A stretch of 59,351 bases of DNA from a virus, in the IMG/VR virus record IMGVR_UViG_3300045988_070374. One strand, written 5' to 3'. Both the position numbers and the translations under genes were made by a program. Positions 16,985-25,360 of this stretch are shown here, piece by piece (the stretch's first letter is position 1; each line of letters begins with the position of its first letter). A model generated the notes under the pieces. That model did no database searches. It had not been told where the DNA came from and saw only the letters and a program-made list of their open reading frames with translations.

Positions 16985-17394
16985 CAGTTGTTCTCCTTCC
17001 TCGCTTCTTTTCTCGCTTTACGGCAAGCCGGGCAACGCTTAGGCAATGCCATGTTATGCGATTCGAAGAAAATGCGTTCTGCACGAGTAATCTCGAACAT
17101 TTTGCCGCAGTCACGGCACGTTTTCTCTATGCTCGTGTCCCAGTCCCAGGAAGCTCTTCTTGCGGCATCTTCGACAGCAAACGCTTCTTTGATTTCGTCA
17201 TAAGGACTCCTAACAAGCGTATGCTGCGGTGCGTGACCGTTCCTGCGGAGCGTTTCTTCTAAGTTGTTCCTTTTGCAGTTTGCGCAAAGAGTTTCGGTGC
17301 TGTTCGGAAACACTGAAAACGGCTTATTGCACTTTTCGCAGTGCTTGATTTCTTTCTTGTATTTGCCCATTTTCTTTCCTTTCTTCGGCTTCAT
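16984..17394 (-). CDS. Zinc-ribbon protein
   Basis: HCEKCNKPFSVFPN..CANCK; CRDCGKMFEITRAERIFF..LPKRCPACRKARK. Confidence 0.7.
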   Translation of the reverse strand: MKPKKGKKMGKYKKEIKHCEKCNKPFSVFPNSTETLCANCKRNNLEETLRRNGHAPQHTLVRSPYDEIKEAFAVEDAARRASWDWDTSIEKTCRDCGKMFEITRAERIFFESHNMALPKRCPACRKARKEARKENN

Positions 17395-17438
17395 TAGGCT
17401 TTATTGTTCTTACTTTGGCTTAATATGGCTGTACAAAG

Positions 17439-17633
17439 TCAGCCAGCCATCAGTTGTGCCAACTGCGCACGGAGGTCTTTCAGCTCCGCTTCCCTGTCGT
17501 CAATTTCAGACTGCAAGTCCTTAATCTCAGCCAGCCGGTCAGCTTCTTTTGCTTCTGCTTCCTGCTCACGGGTCAGGAAATACACGCCGTCCTCCGGCTC
17601 GTTTATTCCTCCGAATCTGTCAAGGTTAATCAT
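17439..17633 (-). CDS. Small coiled-coil protein
   Basis: MINLDRFGGINEPEDGVYFLTREQEAEAKEADRLAEIKDLQSEIDDREAELKDL. Confidence 0.55.
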   Translation of the reverse strand: MINLDRFGGINEPEDGVYFLTREQEAEAKEADRLAEIKDLQSEIDDREAELKDLRAQLAQLMAG

Positions 17634-17820
17634 CTTTTGGTCTCCCTCTCTTACGTTCTTCTTTGATTTGCAACGCACTGTACCACTGGTCTTTGTCAAT
17701 TTCGATGGTAGACCACCGGTGGTTACAGACAAGGCACTTTTTCCTGCGAACGATGCTATCGTGGTCAGACCGACTGTCAACCGTTGTAATGTTGTCGCTA
17801 CCGCACATCGGGCATTTCAT
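17626..17820 (-). CDS. NrdR-like zinc-ribbon protein
   Basis: MKCPMCGSDNITTVDSRSDHDSIVRRKKCLVCNHRWST. Confidence 0.7.
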   Translation of the reverse strand: MKCPMCGSDNITTVDSRSDHDSIVRRKKCLVCNHRWSTIEIDKDQWYSALQIKEERKRGRPKDD

Positions 17821-18080
17821 TGTGCATCCCTCCACTCGCTGGTGTGGTGGGCAACACGCTTGATTTTTCGGCATTCTTGCTCGCTGCGTTCGTCCATCTC
17901 CCCGCTAACTGCCAACGCATACAGCAAGATAGCCGTTGCGAGAAGCCCACAGGATACGAACACCCAGCCAAGCATCTGCGCTGTGGTCTGGCATCCTTGA
18001 ATTGCATCGCCACAACCGACTGCTGCGATAGCCGCGACCAGACCGAGCATGGAAAGCACCATACCTTTCAAAGTTTTCAT
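17817..18080 (-). CDS. Membrane protein
   Basis: hydrophobic segments in MKTLKGMVLSMLGLVAAIAAVGC... Confidence 0.55.
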   Translation of the reverse strand: MKTLKGMVLSMLGLVAAIAAVGCGDAIQGCQTTAQMLGWVFVSCGLLATAILLYALAVSGEMDERSEQECRKIKRVAHHTSEWRDAQ

Positions 18081-18089
18081 TGGTTCTCC

Positions 18090-18314
18090 TTAGTTCAAAA
18101 TGATGTCAAACATAAACGGTTTGCTTTCGTTTATCACGATTGTTGCGTTCAGAACCTGCGCTATCTTTGCAAGTGTTTCAGTTTTAACACCAGTCTTGTA
18201 CGGTTCTTTGTTCGGACTGGTGATATTGTAAACTGTTTGCTCGGACAACCCGCTCCTGTGAATAAGCTCAAGAGCGCTCATGTTTCGCTTTTTAAGCGCT
18301 GCTTTCAGTGCCAT
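18090..18314 (-). CDS. XRE-family HTH protein
   Basis: KKRNMSALELIHRSGLSEQTVYNITSPN. Confidence 0.7.
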   Translation of the reverse strand: MALKAALKKRNMSALELIHRSGLSEQTVYNITSPNKEPYKTGVKTETLAKIAQVLNATIVINESKPFMFDIILN

Positions 18315-18325
18315 CTGTTCTCTCC

Positions 18326-18517
18326 TTAGCTTTTCATTGAATGCCCGAAAATCCAGATGGTTGCCATCAGAGCGCCAATGCCAATGATTGCACGTGTTGC
18401 TTTTACGCCAACCAGAAGATCAATCCGGTGAATCAACCAAAAGTTCAGCAGAAACGCTGCTAGAACCAGTGCTAAGACGATTCCCCAGATCAGAACGATT
18501 TCTACCAGTGCTTTCAT
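18326..18517 (-). CDS. Small membrane protein
   Basis: ORF, hydrophobic. Confidence 0.5.
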   Translation of the reverse strand: MKALVEIVLIWGIVLALVLAAFLLNFWLIHRIDLLVGVKATRAIIGIGALMATIWIFGHSMKS

Positions 18518-18597
18518 CTTTGTCCTTTCTATTATGTATGTGTTCCAGCCGGTCTTTCTCCCGGCTGTGCCAGCGGATTTCCCGCTTTCCGTAGTAT

Positions 18598-19023
18598 CTA
18601 CCGTTCATCGGGAGGGTCTACCTTTCCTTGTGCAAGCAAGTCGCTGTAATGCCCATAGCTAATTCCAAGTTCTTTTGCCTTGTCATTTACTTGTTTAAGG
18701 CTGTACTTCGGCTTTTCTTTCGTTGTATTCCCTTCCTGCCTAGATTCATCGGAAGAATCTCTAATGTAGTCTGGGTGTTCCTTCCTCCAGTCTGCGGCCT
18801 GTTTTCGCTTAACGGCGTTTGCACATTCCTTATGATATTTTTGATACTTATACACTTTGCGCATCGGCCTTTTGCACCATTCGCACGGAACAACACCATA
18901 CGGAGCGCGGCGTTCGGTCTGGTTTTCTTTTTGAACCAATATCGCACATTCTTTGCAGTACCGTCTTGTCGGTCTGACCACGCCAAGATACAGGCCGCAG
19001 CGCTCACAGTACTTTTCTTCCAC
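18598..19023 (-). CDS. Zinc-finger protein
   Basis: YCERCGLYLGVV..RRYCKECA; VVPCEWCKRPM. Confidence 0.65.
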   Translation of the reverse strand: MEEKYCERCGLYLGVVRPTRRYCKECAILVQKENQTERRAPYGVVPCEWCKRPMRKVYKYQKYHKECANAVKRKQAADWRKEHPDYIRDSSDESRQEGNTTKEKPKYSLKQVNDKAKELGISYGHYSDLLAQGKVDPPDER

Positions 19024-19195
19024 GCTGCATCTCCTCTTTCAGTCTGGCTTCTCTGTTATGCCGTTCAAAGCACTGGTTGATGGACTTCTCCATCCACAGC
19101 ACCTTGTTGGCATCGTTTCTGGACACGCCAGCAGCCATTGCCAGCTTCAGCCTGCGCTTCCGGCTCGGCGCTTTGTAAAAGCACATCACCAGCAC
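19004..19195 (-). CDS. Hypothetical protein
   Basis: ORF in operon. Confidence 0.5.
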   Translation of the reverse strand: MLVMCFYKAPSRKRRLKLAMAAGVSRNDANKVLWMEKSINQCFERHNREARLKEEMQRGRKVL

Positions 19196-19560
19196 TCACC
19201 AGCCTTATCTGTGATGAACTTTGGGACTTCCTGACCTGTGGCAACGCACAGCGCAACCAGCTTTTCAACCCAGATGTCGTACAGGCTTTCTTTGGGCATA
19301 TAGCACTGGCCGACACAAGGCTCCTTAAAGCTTTTCCAGATCGTCAGTCCGACAGCGCCATCCGTGACCGTCCATATCATACTGTAACCTTCACTGCACA
19401 GGTTGTACATAATGGCTCGTGCTTTGCTTTTGGCTTTGTTGATTTCAAAGGCATCCCAGCACTTTTTGCTTTCCTCGTAGGCCTCAACCGCAGCGTCAAT
19501 GGCAAACTTGGCTTCATCAGGGTGCTCAAGGTCTACCTTTAAGGTGATGATCTGTTCCAT
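19186..19560 (-). CDS. Hypothetical protein
   Basis: ORF in operon. Confidence 0.6.
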   Translation of the reverse strand: MEQIITLKVDLEHPDEAKFAIDAAVEAYEESKKCWDAFEINKAKSKARAIMYNLCSEGYSMIWTVTDGAVGLTIWKSFKEPCVGQCYMPKESLYDIWVEKLVALCVATGQEVPKFITDKAGECW

Positions 19561-19562
19561 GT

Positions 19563-20321
19563 TCAGTCCTCCGCTTTCTGGGTTTTCTTTGCTTTCAAGA
19601 AGAGGTTTACGAAGTAGACTTGGCCACGACCGGAAATCTTTGGAGTGCGGTTGATAGAAATGTGGTCGCTGTGCTGAATCGTGGTTTCTTTGATTTCAAA
19701 CAGCCCCATCTCCATACTACGCTGCGTAGGCAAGTTGTAGTCGCTTCGTTTCGGTTCTTTAATGAGGTAGCCGTTCTTTCGCATCCAGTCGAACAAGCGG
19801 TTCTGTCCGATGTTAATGCCATTTTGCGAAAGCAGCTTTGCAAGCTCACCAACGAGAATGGATTTTTTGCTTGCTGAAACTGCGTCAGCAAAAAGCGCTT
19901 TCGGCTTCATGGTTTCAATCTGCTTGTCCTTCTCTTCCAGCTCCTCATGCGCTGCGATCAGTGCAGTTGCAAGGAGCTGCGAGCGGGTAAGCTGCGGTTT
20001 TTCAGCCAGCTTCTTTTCCATTTCGTTGAACGCTGCAATGTACTTCAGTTTCCATTCGAGAGCAGCCTTTCCGGTGAAACCCATAGCCAGCAGGGTGAAG
20101 CCGTCACGGTTCATCAGATACATGGGGTAGCTCTGGCCGTTCTGCTCATGGACGTACTCGGTCTTGTAGAACATGGGGGTGTCCCCATTTTTGGGGAGAC
20201 CCCTCATAATGTCTTCGATGTCACGCATCACATGGTCATGACGCTTCTCGAAGCTATCTGCAATCTGACGGCTGGAAACCACAGGCTCGCCATTTTGCAT
20301 GGATAAAATAATGTCGTTCAT
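19563..20321 (-). CDS. Rha-family regulator with KilA-C/ANT-type C-terminus
   Basis: VSSRQIADSFEKRHDHVMRDIED...YLMNRDGFTLLAMGFTGKAALEWKLKYIAAFNEME; C-terminal RLFDWMRKNGYLIKEPKRSDYN..QRSMEMGLFEIKETTI. Confidence 0.9.
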   Translation of the reverse strand: MNDIILSMQNGEPVVSSRQIADSFEKRHDHVMRDIEDIMRGLPKNGDTPMFYKTEYVHEQNGQSYPMYLMNRDGFTLLAMGFTGKAALEWKLKYIAAFNEMEKKLAEKPQLTRSQLLATALIAAHEELEEKDKQIETMKPKALFADAVSASKKSILVGELAKLLSQNGINIGQNRLFDWMRKNGYLIKEPKRSDYNLPTQRSMEMGLFEIKETTIQHSDHISINRTPKISGRGQVYFVNLFLKAKKTQKAED

Positions 20322-20341
20322 TTTTAATCCTTTCTTATGAC

Positions 20342-20569
20342 TTACTGCTTGTCCCTCACAAGTAAAGCGTCTACCGACACACGGAAGTAATCAGCAACTT
20401 TCACAAGCTGTCGAATGCTCGGCCCATTTGCGGAGCGTTCCCACTTGCCCAGTGCGCCGTTGCTTAAACCAGCGGCTACTTCCAAGTCAGTACGAGACAG
20501 ACCATGTAACTTGCGAAACTCGTCGATTTTAGAAAGATTCACTAGCCATTCTCCTTTCTGGGCTTGCAT
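20342..20569 (-). CDS. XRE-family Cro/CI-like regulator, first gene of leftward operon
   Basis: IDEFRKLHGLSRTDLEVAAGLSNGALGKWERSANGPSIRQLVKVADYF. Confidence 0.85.
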   Translation of the reverse strand: MQAQKGEWLVNLSKIDEFRKLHGLSRTDLEVAAGLSNGALGKWERSANGPSIRQLVKVADYFRVSVDALLVRDKQ

Positions 20570-20680
20570 TTTACTAGAAAATATGCTACTATGTAGTTGC
20601 GAAGTACAAAGTGAACATTTTCTAGCGACTTCCCGATAGATTTGTCAGGGGTCTTAGTTTTTGTTTGCCCTATGCTTCAT

Positions 20681-20709
20681 ATTATACTAGCCAAGTGGCT
20701 ATTTTTCAA
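20681..20709 (-). promoter_or_regulatory. Leftward promoter (TTGAAA-N17-TATAAT) with palindromic operator in the spacer
   Basis: tttcaa 20704-20709, attata 20681-20686, TAGCCAAGTGGCTA 20688-20701. Confidence 0.8.
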
Positions 20710-20769
20710 TAGTCAATTTTCAATTTTGTGAACATTTGGCTATTTGCACAAAAAGAGAGGTCTTTTTCT

Positions 20770-21090
20770 ATGCGCAATGTGGAGCGAGCCAAAAGAATCG
20801 CTGCCGACAAGGGTGTCAATATATCCTTTGTGTGCAGAGAAATCGGAAAAAGCAGAGGTTATATCTCTCAAATGCTTACTACCGACAGGGATTTTCCAGA
20901 TGAAATGCTTTCGCCAGTAGCCAACGCGCTAGGCGTTACAGTTGAAGAACTGACTGGCAACCAAAAAGAAAACCCGCCCCAGCAGCCGCAAATTGAAGTT
21001 GACGCGGATATTAAATGGATTGAGCAGAAGCTAGTAGAGATGCCGAAAGAAAAGCGTGAAGCTTTGATGAAGCTTATTAAAACGATGTGA
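20770..21090 (+). CDS. XRE-family repressor-like regulator
   Basis: MRNVERAKRIAADKGVNISFVCREIGKSRGYISQML...LGVTVEELTG; agagagg RBS. Confidence 0.8.
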   Translation: MRNVERAKRIAADKGVNISFVCREIGKSRGYISQMLTTDRDFPDEMLSPVANALGVTVEELTGNQKENPPQQPQIEVDADIKWIEQKLVEMPKEKREALMKLIKTM

Positions 21091-21584
21091 AGGGGATGCC
21101 AATGAAAGGAACGGGCTTAGATAAGGCAGTTTTCTTTGGCGGCATTGGACTGCTTGTTTTTTCTTGCAGCCTGCATGGGACACCCAGTGCTATTGTTGGT
21201 ATTGCTGGAATTGTTCTTTGCTGTTACAAGTGGCAGGCCTGCTTTGGCACAAAAGCAGAAAGAAAAGCCAAAAAAGAAGCACAAAAAGTTCAAGCAGAAA
21301 TGGAAGCGGCGCAGGAAAGAGAAGAAATCAGGGCTGCGCATAACCCTGTAAAAGCAAAAATTATTGTTTCCAACACTAGCAAAAAGGCAGGGAGTGCTGC
21401 CATCCGTACTGCCATTGGCAGTTCAATTGCTGGATTGCCCGGTGCTGTTTACGGTGCAGCATCCGCAAAATCTAAAACCAGCGTCACATTTTATGTGACG
21501 TATGAAGATGGGCATCACGGAAGTGAAACTGTAAATTCCGATTCTAGCCAGTTCTTAAAACTGATGAAAGTCTGTAAGGATTGA
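21087..21584 (+). CDS. Membrane-associated hypothetical protein
   Basis: hydrophobic N-terminus, ATGA overlap with upstream gene. Confidence 0.65.
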   Translation: MKGMPMKGTGLDKAVFFGGIGLLVFSCSLHGTPSAIVGIAGIVLCCYKWQACFGTKAERKAKKEAQKVQAEMEAAQEREEIRAAHNPVKAKIIVSNTSKKAGSAAIRTAIGSSIAGLPGAVYGAASAKSKTSVTFYVTYEDGHHGSETVNSDSSQFLKLMKVCKD

Positions 21585-21596
21585 CCCGGTACAAAT

Positions 21597-21644
21597 AAAA
21601 CCCCTTGCGCCGGGCTTTCGGTAGCCTTATGCGCAAGGGGTTTT
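21597..21644. terminator. Bidirectional terminator
   Basis: aaaaccccttgcgc / gcgcaaggggtttt. Confidence 0.9.
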
Positions 21645-21645
21645 G

Positions 21646-21747
21646 TCATGCATTGGTTATTGCTTCTTTTGCCGCCGGAATCTTCTCAGGGTGTTCCAGC
21701 AGCCATGCAATAAATCGGTCAATCTTGGCTCTTTCCTGTTCACTCAT
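21646..21747 (-). CDS. Small protein (33 aa)
   Basis: MSEQERAKIDRFIAWLLEHPEKIPAAKEAITNA. Confidence 0.4.
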   Translation of the reverse strand: MSEQERAKIDRFIAWLLEHPEKIPAAKEAITNA

Positions 21748-21938
21748 TGTGGCATATCCTCCCGATCGGTAAATGCAGATGTTCATTTGATACGATTATA
21801 CATCTTCTAGTTGTTAAGTCAATGTCTTTTGAACAACTTTGTAAAAATCGAACGTTTTCTTCACATCCATTACTTCACATCAGGGAAGCCACGAGTGTTC
21901 AAGTCAAAAGGGGCAACGCCTATCCATCTTTCCTCCAA

Positions 21939-22145
21939 TCACAGCTCTACGAGCTGTCCGTCAATGCGTTCGATGTTGTCTGCCGGGTCGCGCCCATCGT
22001 CTAAGGCGGCTATGGCGCGTTCCAGAACGCCTTTTGCTTCGAGGTAAGCATCTTTATCAGCCTCGTACCCAGAAAGGCTCAGGACAAGCTCCAGCGTCCG
22101 TCTGCGAGCGTATGGGACAATCAGAGCATCTACGGTTCGGTTCAT
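21939..22145 (-). CDS. Hypothetical protein
   Basis: MNRTVDALIVPYARRRTLELVLSLSGYEADKDAY... Confidence 0.55.
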   Translation of the reverse strand: MNRTVDALIVPYARRRTLELVLSLSGYEADKDAYLEAKGVLERAIAALDDGRDPADNIERIDGQLVEL

Positions 22146-22255
22146 TAGCTTTCCTCCCACGGTTCAGGTGTGTGCGGCTTCCCATCGGGAACACTGGCAG
22201 GCATTCCGTCGATGATCGGCATACGTTCATGGTTCCAGATTACAGTTTCTTTCAT
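22145..22255 (-). CDS. Small protein (36 aa)
   Basis: MKETVIWNHERMPIIDGMPASVPDGKPHTPEPWEES; overlaps next start. Confidence 0.4.
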   Translation of the reverse strand: MKETVIWNHERMPIIDGMPASVPDGKPHTPEPWEES

Positions 22256-22416
22256 TTTTGTTCCACTCCTCTTTGGAATTTTTTGACAATACAGTTATAT
22301 CACATCTCGCTGTTTCAATGAAATAGCGACTTTTTTCAATTATTGTTTCACATTTTGAACAATATATCAGTTAAATTCCTTTACATTTGTATCATTTTGT
22401 CGAAAGAGGGGTATTT

Positions 22417-23010
22417 ATGGATGATTATAGGATACGAGTGGCAAAAGCGTTAGAGATGGCAAGAGCAGAATCCGGACTTAGCCAACAGAAGCTTGCGGAC
22501 AAAATGGGTGTAGGCCGGACATCCATTTTTCGTTATGAGCAAGGGACAATGACTCCAGATGCTTCTACTATCATAAAGTGGTTCGTGTGCTGCGGTGTTG
22601 CGGTCAAGCCGTACATAGACACTTGTTTGCATCCCGGATTATTGGAAAGTCTGGCTGGCGATGCCAGTACCGAGAGAAAGAGAGATACGCTGATAGAGCA
22701 TATCAAAGAAGCCCATTCGCAAGAAATCGACCTGCTGTGCTATCTGATCTATGGCAATCACGGCTCAGATTACCTTGCCGTTCTGTGCGAAATGGTAGCA
22801 AACCTTCACACGACTTTGCGTGATCGTGTGTCCGTCTGCCGCACCGTCACAGGTCATTATGAAATGGCGCAGGCAACCAAAACTGACCCAGACCCAGACG
22901 GAACACAACCCAATATGCAGATTTTATATCAGGCACAGGACTGTGGGGAAGCTGCGGCCATGAAGCGAAACGATTCGTATACCATCAACGAAGAAAACAT
23001 TTTGCGCTGA
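22417..23010 (+). CDS. XRE-family transcriptional regulator
   Basis: ALEMARAESGLSQQKLADKMGVGRTSIFRYEQGTMTPDASTIIKWF. Confidence 0.85.
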   Translation: MDDYRIRVAKALEMARAESGLSQQKLADKMGVGRTSIFRYEQGTMTPDASTIIKWFVCCGVAVKPYIDTCLHPGLLESLAGDASTERKRDTLIEHIKEAHSQEIDLLCYLIYGNHGSDYLAVLCEMVANLHTTLRDRVSVCRTVTGHYEMAQATKTDPDPDGTQPNMQILYQAQDCGEAAAMKRNDSYTINEENILR

Positions 23011-23053
23011 TTGTCGAATTATCGCAGTTTTTGCGGAACATTTTGTCCTCGTT

Positions 23054-23071
23054 CATCCACTTTTTGTACAC
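23054..23071 (+). repeat. 18-bp direct repeat copy 1
   Basis: CATCCACTTTTTGTACAC, identical at 23235-23252. Confidence 0.85.
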
Positions 23072-23099
23072 GTTTCATGCAGATTAGGTATACCTTTAC

Positions 23100-23119
23100 C
23101 TTGTCAATCCGTCCCCCAT
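23100..23119 (-). repeat. Inverted-orientation rep iteron
   Basis: reverse complement ATGGGGGACGGATTGACAAG matches the iteron consensus. Confidence 0.8.
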
Positions 23120-23192
23120 AGGCTGTAAATCGACAACATTCGCGCGGAATAAATAACGTATTATCGTTAATCTATTGCTTGCGATTTGTCGG

Positions 23193-23212
23193 CTTGTCAA
23201 TCTGTCCCCCAT
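23193..23212 (-). repeat. Inverted-orientation rep iteron
   Basis: reverse complement ATGGGGGACAGATTGACAAG. Confidence 0.8.
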
Positions 23213-23234
23213 AGCATTGAATTAAAAGTTTTCT

Positions 23235-23252
23235 CATCCACTTTTTGTACAC
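23235..23252 (+). repeat. 18-bp direct repeat copy 2
   Basis: identical to 23054-23071. Confidence 0.85.
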
Positions 23253-23453
23253 CTATCCACAATCTGTCCACGTTTGACACGGATAATGGAAGGTTGCTTC
23301 ATCGCCGATACAGTCTTATTCAGCAATTGACAGCTTGAATTATCAACAAACTGGAATGGAAAAATAAAGAAATTGTTGAAAATTATCGTCATCGACTATT
23401 TAACGATGATATTTAACCTCTTGTTTATTTCTTGTTTAATATATAATATGTAG

Positions 23454-23564
23454 ATGGGGGACGAAATGACAAAGCATGGGGGACTTTTTGACAAGTCATG
23501 GGGGACAAAATGACGAGGATATGGGGGACAAAAAGACAAGTCATGGGGGACGAAAATAGTTGAC
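23454..23564 (+). repeat. Five tandem iterons upstream of rep, putative origin
   Basis: ATGGGGGAC(a/g)aaatGACaagtc-type units starting 23454, 23476, 23498, 23521, 23543 (22-23 bp period). Confidence 0.9.
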
Positions 23565-23588
23565 ACGTCCCCCTACTTGTGGTATACT
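23560..23588 (+). promoter_or_regulatory. rep promoter TTGACA-N17-TATACT overlapping iteron 5
   Basis: TTGACA 23560-23565, TATACT 23583-23588. Confidence 0.85.
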
Positions 23589-23617
23589 GTTTTCAGACCA
23601 TTAAAGGAAGTGAGCAG

Positions 23618-24712
23618 ATGCCAAAAATATCAGACAATAACCTTGTCGAGAAAAGCAAGTCCCTTGTTTGGGCGAAGTTCAGGGACTACACCGCAGGAGA
23701 ACTTCGGCTGTTGGAGGTTTACCTATCAAGAATAAATCCGAGAGACCCAAGCAGTAGCCGTGTGGAGTTCACTTTGGCGGAATATAGGGAGCTTCTTGGG
23801 CTGAAAAGCCTTGATGCAAGAAGGATTGAGCCGCAGATCAAGCACTTTCTTGGCAATACGGTGTCGATTCCAATTGACAAGGAGAAAGGCACGTTTGAAA
23901 GCTTTGTCTTGTTTACGAGGGCAAAACTGGACTATGTGCCCGAAACAAGGTCTTACGTTGTAGCAATCACCTGCAACCCTGACCTGCGCCCTATCTTCTT
24001 TGACATAGCCGAAAGCGGATATGTTCGGTATCGGCTGCGTTACACGTCACGGATGAAGTCACAGTATAGCATCTTGCTTTACTCGATTCTTCGGGACTGG
24101 TTGAATATGGACAACAAACCGCATGAAATCAGTCTGAAGAAGTTGAGAGAGCAGCTCGGTGCGATGGAAGCCAGCTATGACGTTTACAAGAACCTTCGCA
24201 AGCGAGTGCTTGACGTTGCGGTGGATGAAATCAATGCTGTGTCTGACATTGTTGTGACCTACGAACCAGTCCTTGTGGCACGAAAGGCTGTGGCAGTCAA
24301 GTTTAAACCAAAAATTAAAGCGTCTGAGACGTTGATTGAAGCACAGGCAAGCGAAGTGTTGACCGAACCTCAAAAAGCCGCCAGAAAGCCCCGCAGAAGC
24401 GGATATGAGGATTTCGACTGGTCTGTGTGTGACGAACTGGAAAAGCAGGACTGCATTGACGTGGCGAAGGTAGTTGAGAAGTGGATGAAGAAAGAGCATC
24501 CTGAAATCAAGCTGCCAAGACGCAGAGAAGCTGTCTACGACACGGTGAAGGCTGCATACAATGACATCTTGTCTTTGGACAGGTCTCCGTTCCCGGACAG
24601 ACCTGTTGGTTATCTGATTAGAAGCGTGGACAAGGCGGGTATCGTAGACAGGTATATGCCAGCGTTCTATTCCATTGAAGCCTTGCAAGAGCAGCCAGAT
24701 GTAGCACATTAA
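23618..24712 (+). CDS. Plasmid-type replication initiator (Rep_3/RepB-like)
   Basis: VEKSKSLVWAKFRDYTAGELRLLEVYLSRINPRD...SGYVRYRLRYTSRMKSQYSILLYSILRDW..; adjacent iterons; aaaggaag RBS. Confidence 0.88.
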   Translation: MPKISDNNLVEKSKSLVWAKFRDYTAGELRLLEVYLSRINPRDPSSSRVEFTLAEYRELLGLKSLDARRIEPQIKHFLGNTVSIPIDKEKGTFESFVLFTRAKLDYVPETRSYVVAITCNPDLRPIFFDIAESGYVRYRLRYTSRMKSQYSILLYSILRDWLNMDNKPHEISLKKLREQLGAMEASYDVYKNLRKRVLDVAVDEINAVSDIVVTYEPVLVARKAVAVKFKPKIKASETLIEAQASEVLTEPQKAARKPRRSGYEDFDWSVCDELEKQDCIDVAKVVEKWMKKEHPEIKLPRRREAVYDTVKAAYNDILSLDRSPFPDRPVGYLIRSVDKAGIVDRYMPAFYSIEALQEQPDVAH

Positions 24713-24728
24713 GCAGAAAGGAGAAGGC

Positions 24729-25103
24729 ATGAGACTGATTGACGCAGATGAATTTTATCAGCAAGAATGGATTCGCTGCGGAATGTATGAGCCGATGATT
24801 GGTGTCGATAAAGTCTATGACAACAAAGAAACATCATACAGAACATTACGAAGTAGGTTAAATAAAGTTCGAGAAGTCGATGATCTTAGTATTGCAAGAT
24901 GGATAAATGTAAAAGACCGTTTACCAGAAAAATTAATCGATGTTCTTGTGCTAGACGGAAACTGCAAAAAAATAGCCTATCTAAGTGATGGAAGAATTTG
25001 CTCAGATTCATGGAAAATAAATTATATCGATAAATTTGGCGAAAGAGAAACACTAAACGGGGTGACGCATTGGATGCCGTTACCAGAACCACCGAAAGAA
25101 TAA
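24729..25103 (+). CDS. DUF551 protein
   Basis: MRLIDADEFYQQEW...WINVKDRLPEKLIDVLV...GVTHWMPLPEPPKE. Confidence 0.8.
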   Translation: MRLIDADEFYQQEWIRCGMYEPMIGVDKVYDNKETSYRTLRSRLNKVREVDDLSIARWINVKDRLPEKLIDVLVLDGNCKKIAYLSDGRICSDSWKINYIDKFGERETLNGVTHWMPLPEPPKE

Positions 25104-25118
25104 AGAAAGAGTGATAAA

Positions 25119-25358
25119 ATGGCAAAAATTCCCTACTCCGTTCTGAATAAAGCAGAACTTGACCTTGAAAAGAAGTTTGATTATCAGTTTCAGTTCAATC
25201 ATCATGGAAATCAGGCTTCTGTAAGGGTTTTGCCGCAGAAAAGCTATAGCGAACTAACGCCTGACGAAGCGATTGAAGCCGGGAAAGCTTTGATCGAAGC
25301 TGGTAAAGCAGCGAAAGAGTTCGTTTACAACGGATATTTTATAGACTGGGGAGAATAA
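25119..25358 (+). CDS. Hypothetical protein
   Basis: ORF in operon. Confidence 0.65.
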   Translation: MAKIPYSVLNKAELDLEKKFDYQFQFNHHGNQASVRVLPQKSYSELTPDEAIEAGKALIEAGKAAKEFVYNGYFIDWGE

Positions 25359-25360
25359 AA

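Noticed and set aside
23454-23564. Possible CRISPR array (repeats with 22-bp period)
   Set aside because: No spacers; contiguous tandem units directly upstream of a Rep gene are iterons.
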